64,000 nt of DNA from the IMG/VR virus record IMGVR_UViG_3300030339_000006; one strand, 5' to 3'. Source of the stretch: a virus. The position numbers and the translations under genes were made by a program. Positions 53,608 through 62,444 of this stretch are shown piece after piece. The notes beneath the pieces are model-generated. The model saw only the letters and a program-made list of their open reading frames with translations. It did no database searches and had not been told where the DNA came from. The stretch's first letter is position 1, and every line of letters begins with the position of its first letter.

Positions 53608-54214
53608 CGGCCGTTCCATCCGCTACGACCGCGGGTGTTATTGCTTGGAAGATATGTATAACGCTTACTTCTGCCCGCCTCCTAAGATACGGGTCTGGGT
53701 TGAGCAACAGGGTATTAAGGATCGCGTAGTGTGCAAGGGATTCATGATCAAGACCACCTGGGCTGCCCTTCCGGACGTGATCGCGTACGCGGACCACCTG
53801 GGCATCGGTGACTCTGTCCGTAAGCAATTCGGCATGAAGACGCTGGCAGAACAGAAGGCAGAGCGGGAACGCGTTAATGTAGTGACTCGTCGAGAAACGC
53901 AGCGGGACACCCCTCCTGACGACCCACTGTTGAACGCAGCGATGTTTGGTGTCATTCTGAACGATCCAAGTCCGGTTCGTATCATCCAAAATGACCCTAT
54001 CCCGACGCATCGTCACGATAACCACAGCACCAATCATCGTGATACCGACTTCAGCCGTCACTCCGCCAGCGAGACGTATAGCTCTAAAGGTTACGAGTCT
54101 CACTCGAATCACAACCACGGGTCTAGCCATTCCCATGACCACAGCTCCCACTCCAGTCACGACCACGGGTCTAGCTACGACAGCTCTTCCCCTTCAGGTG
54201 GAGATTCATGGTAA
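53600..54214 (+). CDS. KilA-N-like protein with His/Ser-rich tail
   Basis: INGRSIR.DRG.YCL.D...TW...VIAYA; C-terminal HSNHNHGSSHSHDHSSH. Confidence 0.55.
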   Translation: MINGRSIRYDRGCYCLEDMYNAYFCPPPKIRVWVEQQGIKDRVVCKGFMIKTTWAALPDVIAYADHLGIGDSVRKQFGMKTLAEQKAERERVNVVTRRETQRDTPPDDPLLNAAMFGVILNDPSPVRIIQNDPIPTHRHDNHSTNHRDTDFSRHSASETYSSKGYESHSNHNHGSSHSHDHSSHSSHDHGSSYDSSSPSGGDSW

Positions 54215-54534
54215 GACTGTGGGAGATCTTCCTCGGTTGGTATCATCTCAACGATGATCGTAACCTTCTCGAAGAGATGATCATGTGGTATGCCCTAAAG
54301 CGTAAGCCGATACGGTGTGTACCCATTGTCGTTAACGGGACGGTCATCTACACGTTGATCGCTTCGGATCTCCGTCACCACCCGCGAGTTGTCTGCCGCT
54401 CGCGGAGTGTCTACGGGTCGTTCTTGAAGTTCAGTGAGATCGATGCCTTCGTCGTGGGCGGGAAGCGTTACCCCGCTCGATTACTTCCCCTTTATATCAA
54501 AGTGGGTCTCTATCGTGTATCCAGAGAACTATAA
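54208..54534 (+). CDS. Hypothetical protein
   Basis: GGAG RBS. Confidence 0.5.
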   Translation: MVRLWEIFLGWYHLNDDRNLLEEMIMWYALKRKPIRCVPIVVNGTVIYTLIASDLRHHPRVVCRSRSVYGSFLKFSEIDAFVVGGKRYPARLLPLYIKVGLYRVSREL

Positions 54535-55249
54535 GGGTCACCCGCAGCTCGTCAAGGACGACGAGAACGGTCTACCCCTACTCGAACTCGGTAAGTTTTA
54601 CAAAAAGATTGCTTCCACACACCTCAGTGAAGACAATTGGTGTCTGAAGCAAACCTGGCAGCGTCACCCCCCGTTCCTTTTCATCGGCCGAGATCCCGGT
54701 AGCAGCAAGCAATGCTATCCCGGACTATCGGAATCATCATTCCCCTCGATGTTTCCGTACTTCGGCTTTTGCTGTCACTGGTTTGGTAAACGCTATTCTG
54801 ACCACCAAGCCAACTACATCCTGGAACTCTTGCCAGAGGAACAGGAAATCTTCACCCGGTTCTACAAACGGATCAACCAAGACCGTCACCCGAACGACTT
54901 CAAAGCGGAAAGGGTGAAGTCTCGTGAGGATGGTAAACCCGATCTGAAACCCGGAGAGATCTACTTCGTCAGAAGTACCGGTAACTGCAAAGGTCCAACG
55001 GGCTATCAAAGGGCCTCCCTGAGAGGGGACTCGATTTGGCTGTCTGAGCTCACCTGGTATAAGATAGGCGGCCACAATTTTGCAGGTAGCTACGTGACTT
55101 TTGATGGTGATCATGAAGTCTACCGTCCTCCACTATGGGTTCGCCACGCGTACCACCATCTGGCTAAAGATCTTCTGGCAGCAAACACCCCACACAAACT
55201 TAGCTGGGCCTACTACAAGGTATGGTCCTTTGAGGAAGGAAAGTTATGA
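54434..55249 (+). CDS. Hypothetical protein (start uncertain)
   Basis: Long ORF in operon; aromatic-rich. Confidence 0.5.
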   Translation: MRSMPSSWAGSVTPLDYFPFISKWVSIVYPENYKGHPQLVKDDENGLPLLELGKFYKKIASTHLSEDNWCLKQTWQRHPPFLFIGRDPGSSKQCYPGLSESSFPSMFPYFGFCCHWFGKRYSDHQANYILELLPEEQEIFTRFYKRINQDRHPNDFKAERVKSREDGKPDLKPGEIYFVRSTGNCKGPTGYQRASLRGDSIWLSELTWYKIGGHNFAGSYVTFDGDHEVYRPPLWVRHAYHHLAKDLLAANTPHKLSWAYYKVWSFEEGKL

Positions 55250-55836
55250 AATTCTTAATGCCTGTTGAAGTTGCAGTCAATCTAATCACCGAGGTGCGGG
55301 ACGGGGAGTTCTCCATCGGTGGACCCCGCATCAAGTGGACGGGGGATACCCCTTCGGTAGGGGATTACCTCGTGACCGGCGACGGTGTCTATGAAGTGTG
55401 GACCGAGAAGTGCTTCGATGCGAATAAAGCTTCGATGATAGCATCCTTCGGTCCCGGTTTGACCCTGGATGATGAAGGCTGGAAGGCTCCGTATCTCGAG
55501 CTGAGGGCGATCGATCGGGAAACCGCTATCGACTACTTGGACGGGGATATCCCGCTCGAATATACCCTCCTCAAGGATACCGGCTGGGAAGATGAAGGCA
55601 AGCAGGATATCCGTGCCATCTACCTCCGCCACGATAACACCAACAGTAATTTCATTCTGGCCTACTCCCGTGAGGGTGATCCGTGGTCTGGCTACCGGAC
55701 GACCTTCGACGGCGTCGGTATGGTTGCCGCAGTGCCGAAAGTCACCTATGACTTCGAAGAATACTCCGGTTGGGACGTTCGTATTCAGAGCCTGGTCAAT
55801 CCAGGACCGGAGGTACCGCCATGCAAACCCGAGTAG
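55246..55836 (+). CDS. Hypothetical acidic protein
   Basis: AAGGA RBS; ATGA overlap. Confidence 0.6.
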   Translation: MKFLMPVEVAVNLITEVRDGEFSIGGPRIKWTGDTPSVGDYLVTGDGVYEVWTEKCFDANKASMIASFGPGLTLDDEGWKAPYLELRAIDRETAIDYLDGDIPLEYTLLKDTGWEDEGKQDIRAIYLRHDNTNSNFILAYSREGDPWSGYRTTFDGVGMVAAVPKVTYDFEEYSGWDVRIQSLVNPGPEVPPCKPE

Positions 55837-56099
55837 TCAATAAGTTCAAAGAACCCTACGGGGTATACATCGGTCGAGGCTCGGAATGGGGTAATCCATT
55901 TACCGTTGAAGATCACGGCCGGGAAGAGGCCATTCGTTTATACGAAAAGTATATGCGGGAGCGTCTCTCCAAAGAACCCGGCTTGGTTATCCAGCTGCTC
56001 AAACTCCGAGGCAAAGTTCTCGGGTGTTTCTGCCATCCTAAACCCTGCCATGGTGACGTACTGATTACCTTAATCGAGGAATACTATGCGGTATCGTAG
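55821..56099 (+). CDS. DUF4326 protein
   Basis: VYIGRGSEWGNPF...LRGKVLGCFCHPKPCHGDVL; GGAGG RBS. Confidence 0.85.
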   Translation: MQTRVVNKFKEPYGVYIGRGSEWGNPFTVEDHGREEAIRLYEKYMRERLSKEPGLVIQLLKLRGKVLGCFCHPKPCHGDVLITLIEEYYAVS

Positions 56100-56301
56100 A
56101 GTAACGCGGATTGATGCCGACGGGACTTACGGCAGCCAGTATTACTTCGAAGATCTGGAAGAACTGCCCGAAGGTTACAAACTGGCTACGATCGGTCCGA
56201 TGGAAATCGGTGACATCGAAGAGCAGGGCGACCACGGTTACTTTATGGGGATTTATCGTCATGTTGACCGCAATAAAGTGGTGAAAAAAGAAGACAACTA
56301 G
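56086..56301 (+). CDS. Hypothetical protein
   Basis: GAGGA RBS. Confidence 0.55.
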   Translation: MRYRRVTRIDADGTYGSQYYFEDLEELPEGYKLATIGPMEIGDIEEQGDHGYFMGIYRHVDRNKVVKKEDN

Positions 56302-56363
56302 TCTATACTCAATGGGTGTTCGGAGGTCCGACGCCCCTTTACCTCGCTTAGGAGAGCCTTGCG

Positions 56364-57590
56364 ATGAAGAAATTAGCAGTCATTATCGGCCGTATGCAGT
56401 TCCTGCACAATGGTCACACCCACCTGTTCCGTGAAGCGCTGAAACGTGCTGAGAACGTCCTCGTCCTGATCGGTTCCGCCGATAAAGCCCCAGACCCAAA
56501 GAATCCGTTCTCGTACGCTCAACGTGAAGCGATCGTGCACAAAGTCTTCAGTGACATGCCCGGTAGCCCAACCGTTTGGGTTGCTCCACTGCCCGATCAC
56601 TACCTGGATGAAGTCTGGGCGTCCGGCGTCATGCAGGCCGTCGAGCGTTACTCGCTGGACTCCATGCCGGAGACCGGCTACTTGGTTCGCGATGAAGATG
56701 TCGTTCTGGTCGGTCACGAGAAGGATGAATCTTCGTACTACCTGAAGATGTTCCCACAGTGGGACTTCTACAACGCTCCGAATGAACGTAACCTGTCGGC
56801 CACCGATTTCCGTCACGACCTATTCGCCCGCATCCCAGCTATCGATATTGGTTTCCCTGCTCGTCTCCGCGTGATGATGGAGCAGTTCGACAAGAAGGAC
56901 GCCGGTTCGTTCACCAGTGACGTGATCCGACTGTTGACCGAGAAGTATCCGACCCTGGGGATTCACTTTATTCCGAACACCAACGCCCGTGCTCTGATGG
57001 AACCGTTGGACATGACCCACCTGAAGCTGAACTCGCCGCCGGCCATGCATGAATTCGTTGAGATGTACATCCACTCGCCGGAATACCAAGCGATGCTCGG
57101 TGAGCAGAACGGTTACGACACCAACAAGCTCACCTGGGATATGGCCCCGTACGAAAACATCTTCGTGACTACTGACGCCGTCGTGACCCACAAGTCTTCT
57201 ATCCTGATGATTCGCCGTAAGAACTCTCCGGGCCGTGGCCTGTGGGCGTTACCTGGCGGGTTCCTGGGGCCGAAGCAGTGGATCCGCGATTCCATCATCC
57301 GTGAACTCCGTGAGGAAACCCGAATTGCCGTCCCTAATGAAGATCTTCTGCGAATCATGCAACCGATTCAAGTCTTCGATAACCCGTCTCGATCACTGCG
57401 TGGCCGCACCATTACGCATGCTGCTCGCTTTAATCTCGATCACCTGGGCATTGAACGTCCGAAAGTCCGGGCCGACGATGATGCCGACGCCGTTCGCTGG
57501 TTCTCCTTCGCGGAAATCCAACGGGCCGACGCCGAACTCTTCGAAGATCACGCTGAAATCATCAAACGTCTGGTCTTCTCCCGTGGCTAA
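56364..57590 (+). CDS. nadM: Bifunctional NMN adenylyltransferase / Nudix ADP-ribose pyrophosphatase
   Basis: IGRMQFLHNGH, IGSA...KNPF, GHEKDESSYYL.MFPQW, LSAT; Nudix box LPGGF...RELREET; RSLRGRTIT, FEDH. Confidence 0.93.
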   Translation: MKKLAVIIGRMQFLHNGHTHLFREALKRAENVLVLIGSADKAPDPKNPFSYAQREAIVHKVFSDMPGSPTVWVAPLPDHYLDEVWASGVMQAVERYSLDSMPETGYLVRDEDVVLVGHEKDESSYYLKMFPQWDFYNAPNERNLSATDFRHDLFARIPAIDIGFPARLRVMMEQFDKKDAGSFTSDVIRLLTEKYPTLGIHFIPNTNARALMEPLDMTHLKLNSPPAMHEFVEMYIHSPEYQAMLGEQNGYDTNKLTWDMAPYENIFVTTDAVVTHKSSILMIRRKNSPGRGLWALPGGFLGPKQWIRDSIIRELREETRIAVPNEDLLRIMQPIQVFDNPSRSLRGRTITHAARFNLDHLGIERPKVRADDDADAVRWFSFAEIQRADAELFEDHAEIIKRLVFSRG

Positions 57591-57831
57591 TAACTTCCGG
57601 AAGGGTCGCTTGGCTTTTCACTGTGATAACTACCCGGAGGATAACCCCTACGTCGCGGGGACTCCAGAGGCACAGGAGTGGGATGACGGGTGGTTGGATG
57701 CTTACGACGATTACTCAGAAGCTCGAGCCATGCAGCATGACACCTTCGGTCAGTCCGCTGCCATCACAATCTTCGGGGTGCTGGCAGTATTGGCTATCGG
57801 AGCGATCTATGTTTCACTTAAGGGGGCTTGA
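57583..57831 (+). CDS. Rmf-like motif protein with C-terminal TM helix
   Basis: GTG start overlapping nadM stop: FRKGRLAF...NPY...QEWDDGWLDA then AAITIFGVLAVLAIGAIYV; weak RBS. Confidence 0.5.
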   Translation: MANNFRKGRLAFHCDNYPEDNPYVAGTPEAQEWDDGWLDAYDDYSEARAMQHDTFGQSAAITIFGVLAVLAIGAIYVSLKGA

Positions 57832-58328
57832 TGTATAAGTACATAATCGGTGCTCTCGGGGCCGGCGTGATCATGGCCCTGATGTACAACTGGGGTTACT
57901 CCAGCGGTGCAGACTCGGTGAAGACGAAGAATCTCACCACCACCGTCGTTCAAACTGGGGAAGCCCGGAAGATCGAACAGGGGATTGTCGCCAAGCAATC
58001 CGACCTCGACCTTAACTATCAGAAAGGTGCAATCGATGCCAGTAAAAGTACGCAAGTGCTCGTGGATTCTCTGCTTAATGGTTCTGTCCGGATGTCAGTC
58101 CCAAGTCCTGCCGCCACCACCGTGCCCGGTGATACCACCTCCACCAGCAAGCGTCATGATCAAACGTCCTGCGAACTTCCAGGAAAGACTGCAGCAGATC
58201 TTGCCCGTCTCGCAGCTGACGCTGACGCAAACACTCGACAACTCGGTCTCTGCCAAGACGTCATCGATGCCTACCAAGCCTTGATGCCGAAGTGGGCTGC
58301 TCCACAAACGACGCATTTAGCACCGTAA
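57831..58328 (+). CDS. i-spanin (Rz-like)
   Basis: N-terminal TM; L.NG.VRMSV, CEL...A..L....AD....L..CQ..I. Confidence 0.85.
   Translation: MYKYIIGALGAGVIMALMYNWGYSSGADSVKTKNLTTTVVQTGEARKIEQGIVAKQSDLDLNYQKGAIDASKSTQVLVDSLLNGSVRMSVPSPAATTVPGDTTSTSKRHDQTSCELPGKTAADLARLAADADANTRQLGLCQDVIDAYQALMPKWAAPQTTHLAP
58036..58284 (+). CDS. o-spanin (Rz1-like lipoprotein), embedded in i-spanin
   Basis: Lipobox VLSGC then Pro-rich PPPPCPVIPPPPA; alternate frame fully inside Rz. Confidence 0.85.
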   Translation: MPVKVRKCSWILCLMVLSGCQSQVLPPPPCPVIPPPPASVMIKRPANFQERLQQILPVSQLTLTQTLDNSVSAKTSSMPTKP

Positions 58329-58431
58329 AGTATCATATATGAACCTTTAGGGGTCAAAAGGGCCCCTAAAGGTCTAGATAATGTCTTTTAACGATAGAAA
58401 GTGTCAGAGATGACACTTTTGAGGATAAATT

Positions 58432-59928
58432 ATGCAATTCAGTCACGTTCAGAAAGTCCGTAATTCCGCCCGCGTCCGCGTTGAGACGAATGGCCAGCCG
58501 AACCACACCCACCGCATCTTCGGGGACTATAACTTCAACCCTCTGGTCTGGATGGACGGTTACAAGTACTCGCAGTTCCCACAGTACCCAGAAGGGATGG
58601 AGCACCTGCTGTCCTACGTTGAGGCCCGTACCGGTGCCAAGCACAATAAGATTCCTTTCTTCCTGCAGCCTTTCCTGAAGGAGTATCTAACCCGTCCGTT
58701 GACGCACGCCCACATCGACTACATGATCCCGTTCCTGAAACGCTACGGAGCGATGTTCAATGAAGCCGGCTACCGTCGTGTCGTTGATGAGTTCGGTGGA
58801 CGCTGGCCGGTCGAAATCAAATGCCTCCCAGAAGGCTTTGTAACGAAGGCTGGCACGCCTCAGCTCTACGTTGAGGAAACCCACCCAGACTTCGCGTGGC
58901 TCGTCTCTCCGTTCGAAACAGCCATGCTCCGTGCGGTCTGGTACATGGCGTCCGTCGGTGCCATCGCGATCAACATGTACGACATCCTTCGGAAATCCCT
59001 GGTCGAAACGTCCGATCTGGAAGGTGAAGAGCTGGAAGCCGTTCTGGCTTACATGTTGAATGACTTCGGTGCCCGCGGTGCGACGGGCCATGAAGGTGCA
59101 ACACTCGGCGGGATGGCTCCGCTTCTGGTGGGCTTTAAAGGTTCGGATACCACGGAAGCCGTCCATGGCCTGAGCATCTACTACCACAACACTCCTGGTG
59201 TTGGCGGCGGGACCATCGCTGCGTCTGAACACTCTACGGCCACGGCCTTCGGTCTGGAACCGGAAGAGGAAATCGCCTTCAACAACCACATGATCGAGCA
59301 ATTCGGTGACCTGCCGATCTTCGCTTCTGTGATTGACTCAGTAGACTCTGGTCGTAACGTGGAGTATCACTGGGGTGCGGCTAACCTTGACCGCGTCATG
59401 GCGATGAAGGCCCGCTTGGTCCTCCGTCCGGATTCCGGCGTGCCGGAAGAAGAGATCGTGAAGATTCTGGAATTGCTCTGGAAACGCTTCAGTGGTGATC
59501 TGAACTCCAAGGGTAAACGCGTTCTGAATCCGAAGGTCCGTGTGATCTACGGTGACGGCATCGACGAAGAGAGCATCCTGCGTATCATCACTGCCGTCAA
59601 GGGCGCCGGCTTCTCCATGGAGAACGTGGCATTCGGGATGGGCGGTGGGCTGCTTCAAGCGGTTACCCGTGACTGGGAGCGTTACGCGATGAAGGCCTGT
59701 GAAATCGACACCGGTACCGGCAAGCGTCCGATCGGCAAGAAGCCGGCTACTGACCCAACGAAGACCAGCAAGTTCGGCCCTCGCTGGTTGTACCTGAATG
59801 AGTTCGGCGAAGTACTCGTTTACAGCCAACCGGTGGTGGGTTGTGCCGAGTTGATGTCCGTTCGTTACCGTAATGGCCTTCTTCTGGAAGACTACACGGC
59901 CGATGAAGTGATCTCCCTGGTTCGATAA
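58432..59928 (+). CDS. nadV: Nicotinamide phosphoribosyltransferase (NAMPT)
   Basis: DGYKYSQ, YVEAR, ET.ML..VW, DFGARG, FKGSDT, ASEHS, LRPDSG, IYGDG, FGMGGGLLQ, K.P.TD..K.SK.G. Confidence 0.92.
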   Translation: MQFSHVQKVRNSARVRVETNGQPNHTHRIFGDYNFNPLVWMDGYKYSQFPQYPEGMEHLLSYVEARTGAKHNKIPFFLQPFLKEYLTRPLTHAHIDYMIPFLKRYGAMFNEAGYRRVVDEFGGRWPVEIKCLPEGFVTKAGTPQLYVEETHPDFAWLVSPFETAMLRAVWYMASVGAIAINMYDILRKSLVETSDLEGEELEAVLAYMLNDFGARGATGHEGATLGGMAPLLVGFKGSDTTEAVHGLSIYYHNTPGVGGGTIAASEHSTATAFGLEPEEEIAFNNHMIEQFGDLPIFASVIDSVDSGRNVEYHWGAANLDRVMAMKARLVLRPDSGVPEEEIVKILELLWKRFSGDLNSKGKRVLNPKVRVIYGDGIDEESILRIITAVKGAGFSMENVAFGMGGGLLQAVTRDWERYAMKACEIDTGTGKRPIGKKPATDPTKTSKFGPRWLYLNEFGEVLVYSQPVVGCAELMSVRYRNGLLLEDYTADEVISLVR

Positions 59929-59941
59929 AGTTAAGTTCCTG

Positions 59942-59965
59942 GGGTATAAGTAAGGTGTAACCAAC
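59942..59965 (+). promoter_or_regulatory. Phage promoter GGGTATAAGTAAGGTGTAACCAAC
   Basis: 24 nt identical to 47671-47694. Confidence 0.75.
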
Positions 59966-59981
59966 CCACAGGAACTTTTCC

Positions 59982-60842
59982 ATGATCACTAAATTGCTCC
60001 AACTGACCGACAAAGATGCTTACTCCAGCTGGGTTGAATTCAACGTTGGGTATCTGCATCAGATCCAAGTGTATCTGGCGGATAAGGCCCCGCCGGATAT
60101 GTTCATCAAGAATATCCTGGCCAAAGACGAAGTCGATCGCTTTAAGTATTCCGTTGCGAAGACTCCACCGAAGCTGCACACGTCACTCTTGAAAGTGGTG
60201 AACGAGCGTATCTTCTACGGGACGAAGGAGCGGAGTATCGTGAACGGCGTCCTGACTTACATGTCATTGACCGGTAAGCCAGACCTCGAGTACATCAACA
60301 GTAAACTGGCTCCGCTCCAAGAACTCCATCAGAACCTGACCGGGCTCGAAGCGGGAAAGGATGCGGTAACGGTCTTCTCGAAGCTGGTCTACAACCGTTC
60401 TCGTATTATGCATCTTCTCTTCGGCGACGGCATGTCTCCGGAAGAGTACGAAACGAAAACGTATCTAAACGAAACGGTACCGGCACTCAACGTGGCAGAA
60501 GCGCTCTGTAAGGTCTCCGGTATTCACCACGCACTTCGCTCTATGTCGTCACAGGCGTTGACCTGTTCTGACACCGAGTTAGGTGCTATGATACGGGATA
60601 TCTCAGAAGCGATGATCTCCTATCGGAAATCTCTGATCGACCCTGAAAAGGCCGGTCTCGGAGATATCGATATGGGTGCTGCGGAGTTGGAATTGGTGAC
60701 TCGCTCACCGTCTCCGGCTGCCGGCAACAATCTGAAGTACGTGATCGAGAAATACAGTTCCGTAGAATCCTTTACTCCGACAGACTTCCTGCTCTGTTTG
60801 AATGAAGGTGTTAGACTGTCAGGCATCGACCTGATGGTATAA
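59982..60842 (+). CDS. Hypothetical helical protein, stand-alone unit
   Basis: 286 aa between promoter and terminator. Confidence 0.65.
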   Translation: MITKLLQLTDKDAYSSWVEFNVGYLHQIQVYLADKAPPDMFIKNILAKDEVDRFKYSVAKTPPKLHTSLLKVVNERIFYGTKERSIVNGVLTYMSLTGKPDLEYINSKLAPLQELHQNLTGLEAGKDAVTVFSKLVYNRSRIMHLLFGDGMSPEEYETKTYLNETVPALNVAEALCKVSGIHHALRSMSSQALTCSDTELGAMIRDISEAMISYRKSLIDPEKAGLGDIDMGAAELELVTRSPSPAAGNNLKYVIEKYSSVESFTPTDFLLCLNEGVRLSGIDLMV

Positions 60843-60845
60843 GAC

Positions 60846-60866
60846 AAAGCCCTTCGGGGCTTTTTT
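60846..60866 (+). terminator. Rho-independent terminator
   Basis: AAAGCCC-TTCG-GGGCTTT-TTT. Confidence 0.75.
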
Positions 60867-60876
60867 AGGAGACTAA

Positions 60877-62442
60877 ATGGCGAAGTTACGAAAGCCTTCA
60901 AATTTTACCTATGAGTGGTATGACTATCAAACACTCAACGCTTACGCCGGCGTTGACTGTATTGTGACGTCGGAGCTCATGGCGGCGTTAATGCCAACCC
61001 TGGCCGCCAAGAACCCCTTTGCGTGGTATCATCAGGGCGTCCGTTCGGTATCGCCGGCACCGTCAGTACTCCAGGAACAGCTGGAGGTGAAATCCCGTGC
61101 GTTAGAGTTCATCTGCGACATGGAGATTGCCGGGATGGCCTATGACATTCAGGGTAACCGGGCGATGGACAACCGCATGATCGAGGATATCGCGGCCACC
61201 GAGGATCAGATCTTCTCGGCGATCGGGAAGCGAATCGACCTGTCCTCCTCGTCGGTACTCAAGGAATTTCTCTACGGCGAGAAGGGCTTCACTGCACCAA
61301 TTCAGACCAAGCACGGGGATGATTCTACCTCTGGGGATGCTCTGGAGGCGTTGTACAAAGAGCACGAGCTGCAGTGGCTCAAGGATATCAAGAAGCGTAA
61401 CGACGTGACGTCGATGCACGGTTCGTTCATCAAGACGTACGTGGCGGATTGGGTTAAGCACGACGGCCGGGTGCATCCCCAATACAACCTGCACGGGACC
61501 AGTTCCCACCGCATCTCCTCACAGGATCCGAACTTACTGAACCTGCCTCGCGGCTACTACAACTATAATATCCGTCGGTTGTACACGTCGAGTAAGGGGA
61601 TGGTGTTTTTAACCTTCGACTTCTCCTCCTGTGAAGTGAAGATCTTGGCAGCCCTGTCTGGCGACGAGACGATGATCGAGGCCTGTGTCTCCGGTAAGGA
61701 CTTCCACTCCTATACCGCCTCGATGATTTACCACGTCGAGTACGATGACTTCGTGGCGATCGTCAAGGATCACAAGCATCCCGATCATAAGCGTTATAAG
61801 GATTACCGTCAGGGCGCTAAGTCGGTGACTTTCGGTCTGCTCTACGGTGCGACGGTCAACTCGATCGCTCGTGACCTAGGTGTGACCGTTGGAGAGGCTC
61901 AAGAAATCGTTGATGCGTACTTCAAACTCTACCCACGGGTGCAGGCGTTCATCTCGGATTGCCACAAGATGGCCGAAGCGAATCAGTTCATCATCACTCC
62001 GTTCGGTCAACGCAAAATGGAATATGGCACGCTGCCAATGTTCAAAGGCTCCGCTGCGTTCAATGCCGCCAAACGAAATGCTCAGAACGTGAGTATCCAG
62101 TCGCCGGCGTCAACGCTCGGTCTGATCGTGTTCACCGAAATGAACCGCCGTATGAAGGAACTGGGTGGGCAGTGCATCTGTACCGTATACGACTCCATCG
62201 AGATCGAAGTACCGATCGCCCGTCTGGCGGAGGCCATCAACACTGGCTTCTACGTAATGGACGATTGGCCACAGGAGCAGTTTGACTGGCTGAACTTCCC
62301 AATCGGCTCTGACGGTGAAATCGGTTGGAACTGGGGCGACGTGGAGCCGGTTAAGAAAGGCATCACCCAGGCAGAAGCGATCGCTATCCTGGCAGAATGT
62401 GATGCTGGGAAGCTGGCCGAGGCTCTACAAATGGCCGCTTAA
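60877..62442 (+). CDS. polA: DNA polymerase A, C-terminal chain: ExoIII + polymerase domain
   Basis: YAGVD (ExoIII), GRVHP.Y..GT.SHRISS.DPNL.N.P, motif A DFSSCEVKILA, motif B RQGAKSVTFGLLYG, N..IQS, motif C TVYDS; own AGGAG RBS. Confidence 0.93.
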   Translation: MAKLRKPSNFTYEWYDYQTLNAYAGVDCIVTSELMAALMPTLAAKNPFAWYHQGVRSVSPAPSVLQEQLEVKSRALEFICDMEIAGMAYDIQGNRAMDNRMIEDIAATEDQIFSAIGKRIDLSSSSVLKEFLYGEKGFTAPIQTKHGDDSTSGDALEALYKEHELQWLKDIKKRNDVTSMHGSFIKTYVADWVKHDGRVHPQYNLHGTSSHRISSQDPNLLNLPRGYYNYNIRRLYTSSKGMVFLTFDFSSCEVKILAALSGDETMIEACVSGKDFHSYTASMIYHVEYDDFVAIVKDHKHPDHKRYKDYRQGAKSVTFGLLYGATVNSIARDLGVTVGEAQEIVDAYFKLYPRVQAFISDCHKMAEANQFIITPFGQRKMEYGTLPMFKGSAAFNAAKRNAQNVSIQSPASTLGLIVFTEMNRRMKELGGQCICTVYDSIEIEVPIARLAEAINTGFYVMDDWPQEQFDWLNFPIGSDGEIGWNWGDVEPVKKGITQAEAIAILAECDAGKLAEALQMAA

Positions 62443-62444
62443 CT

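Noticed and set aside
55056-55063. Additional GGTATAAG hits at 55056, 51936 and 60836
   Set aside because: Inside coding sequence or coinciding with Val-stop codons, and lacking the downstream TGTA element; not counted as promoters, though 60836 could serve the pol C-half
55246-55430. GDYLV..DG..W...F segment reminiscent of domains found with anti-defence sponge proteins
   Set aside because: Similarity too weak to call without a profile search
53607-60877. Intron or intein explaining the split DNA polymerase
   Set aside because: The gap holds many ordinary genes with their own promoter and terminator; no Cys/His-Asn intein ends or homing endonuclease seen; the downstream half has its own RBS
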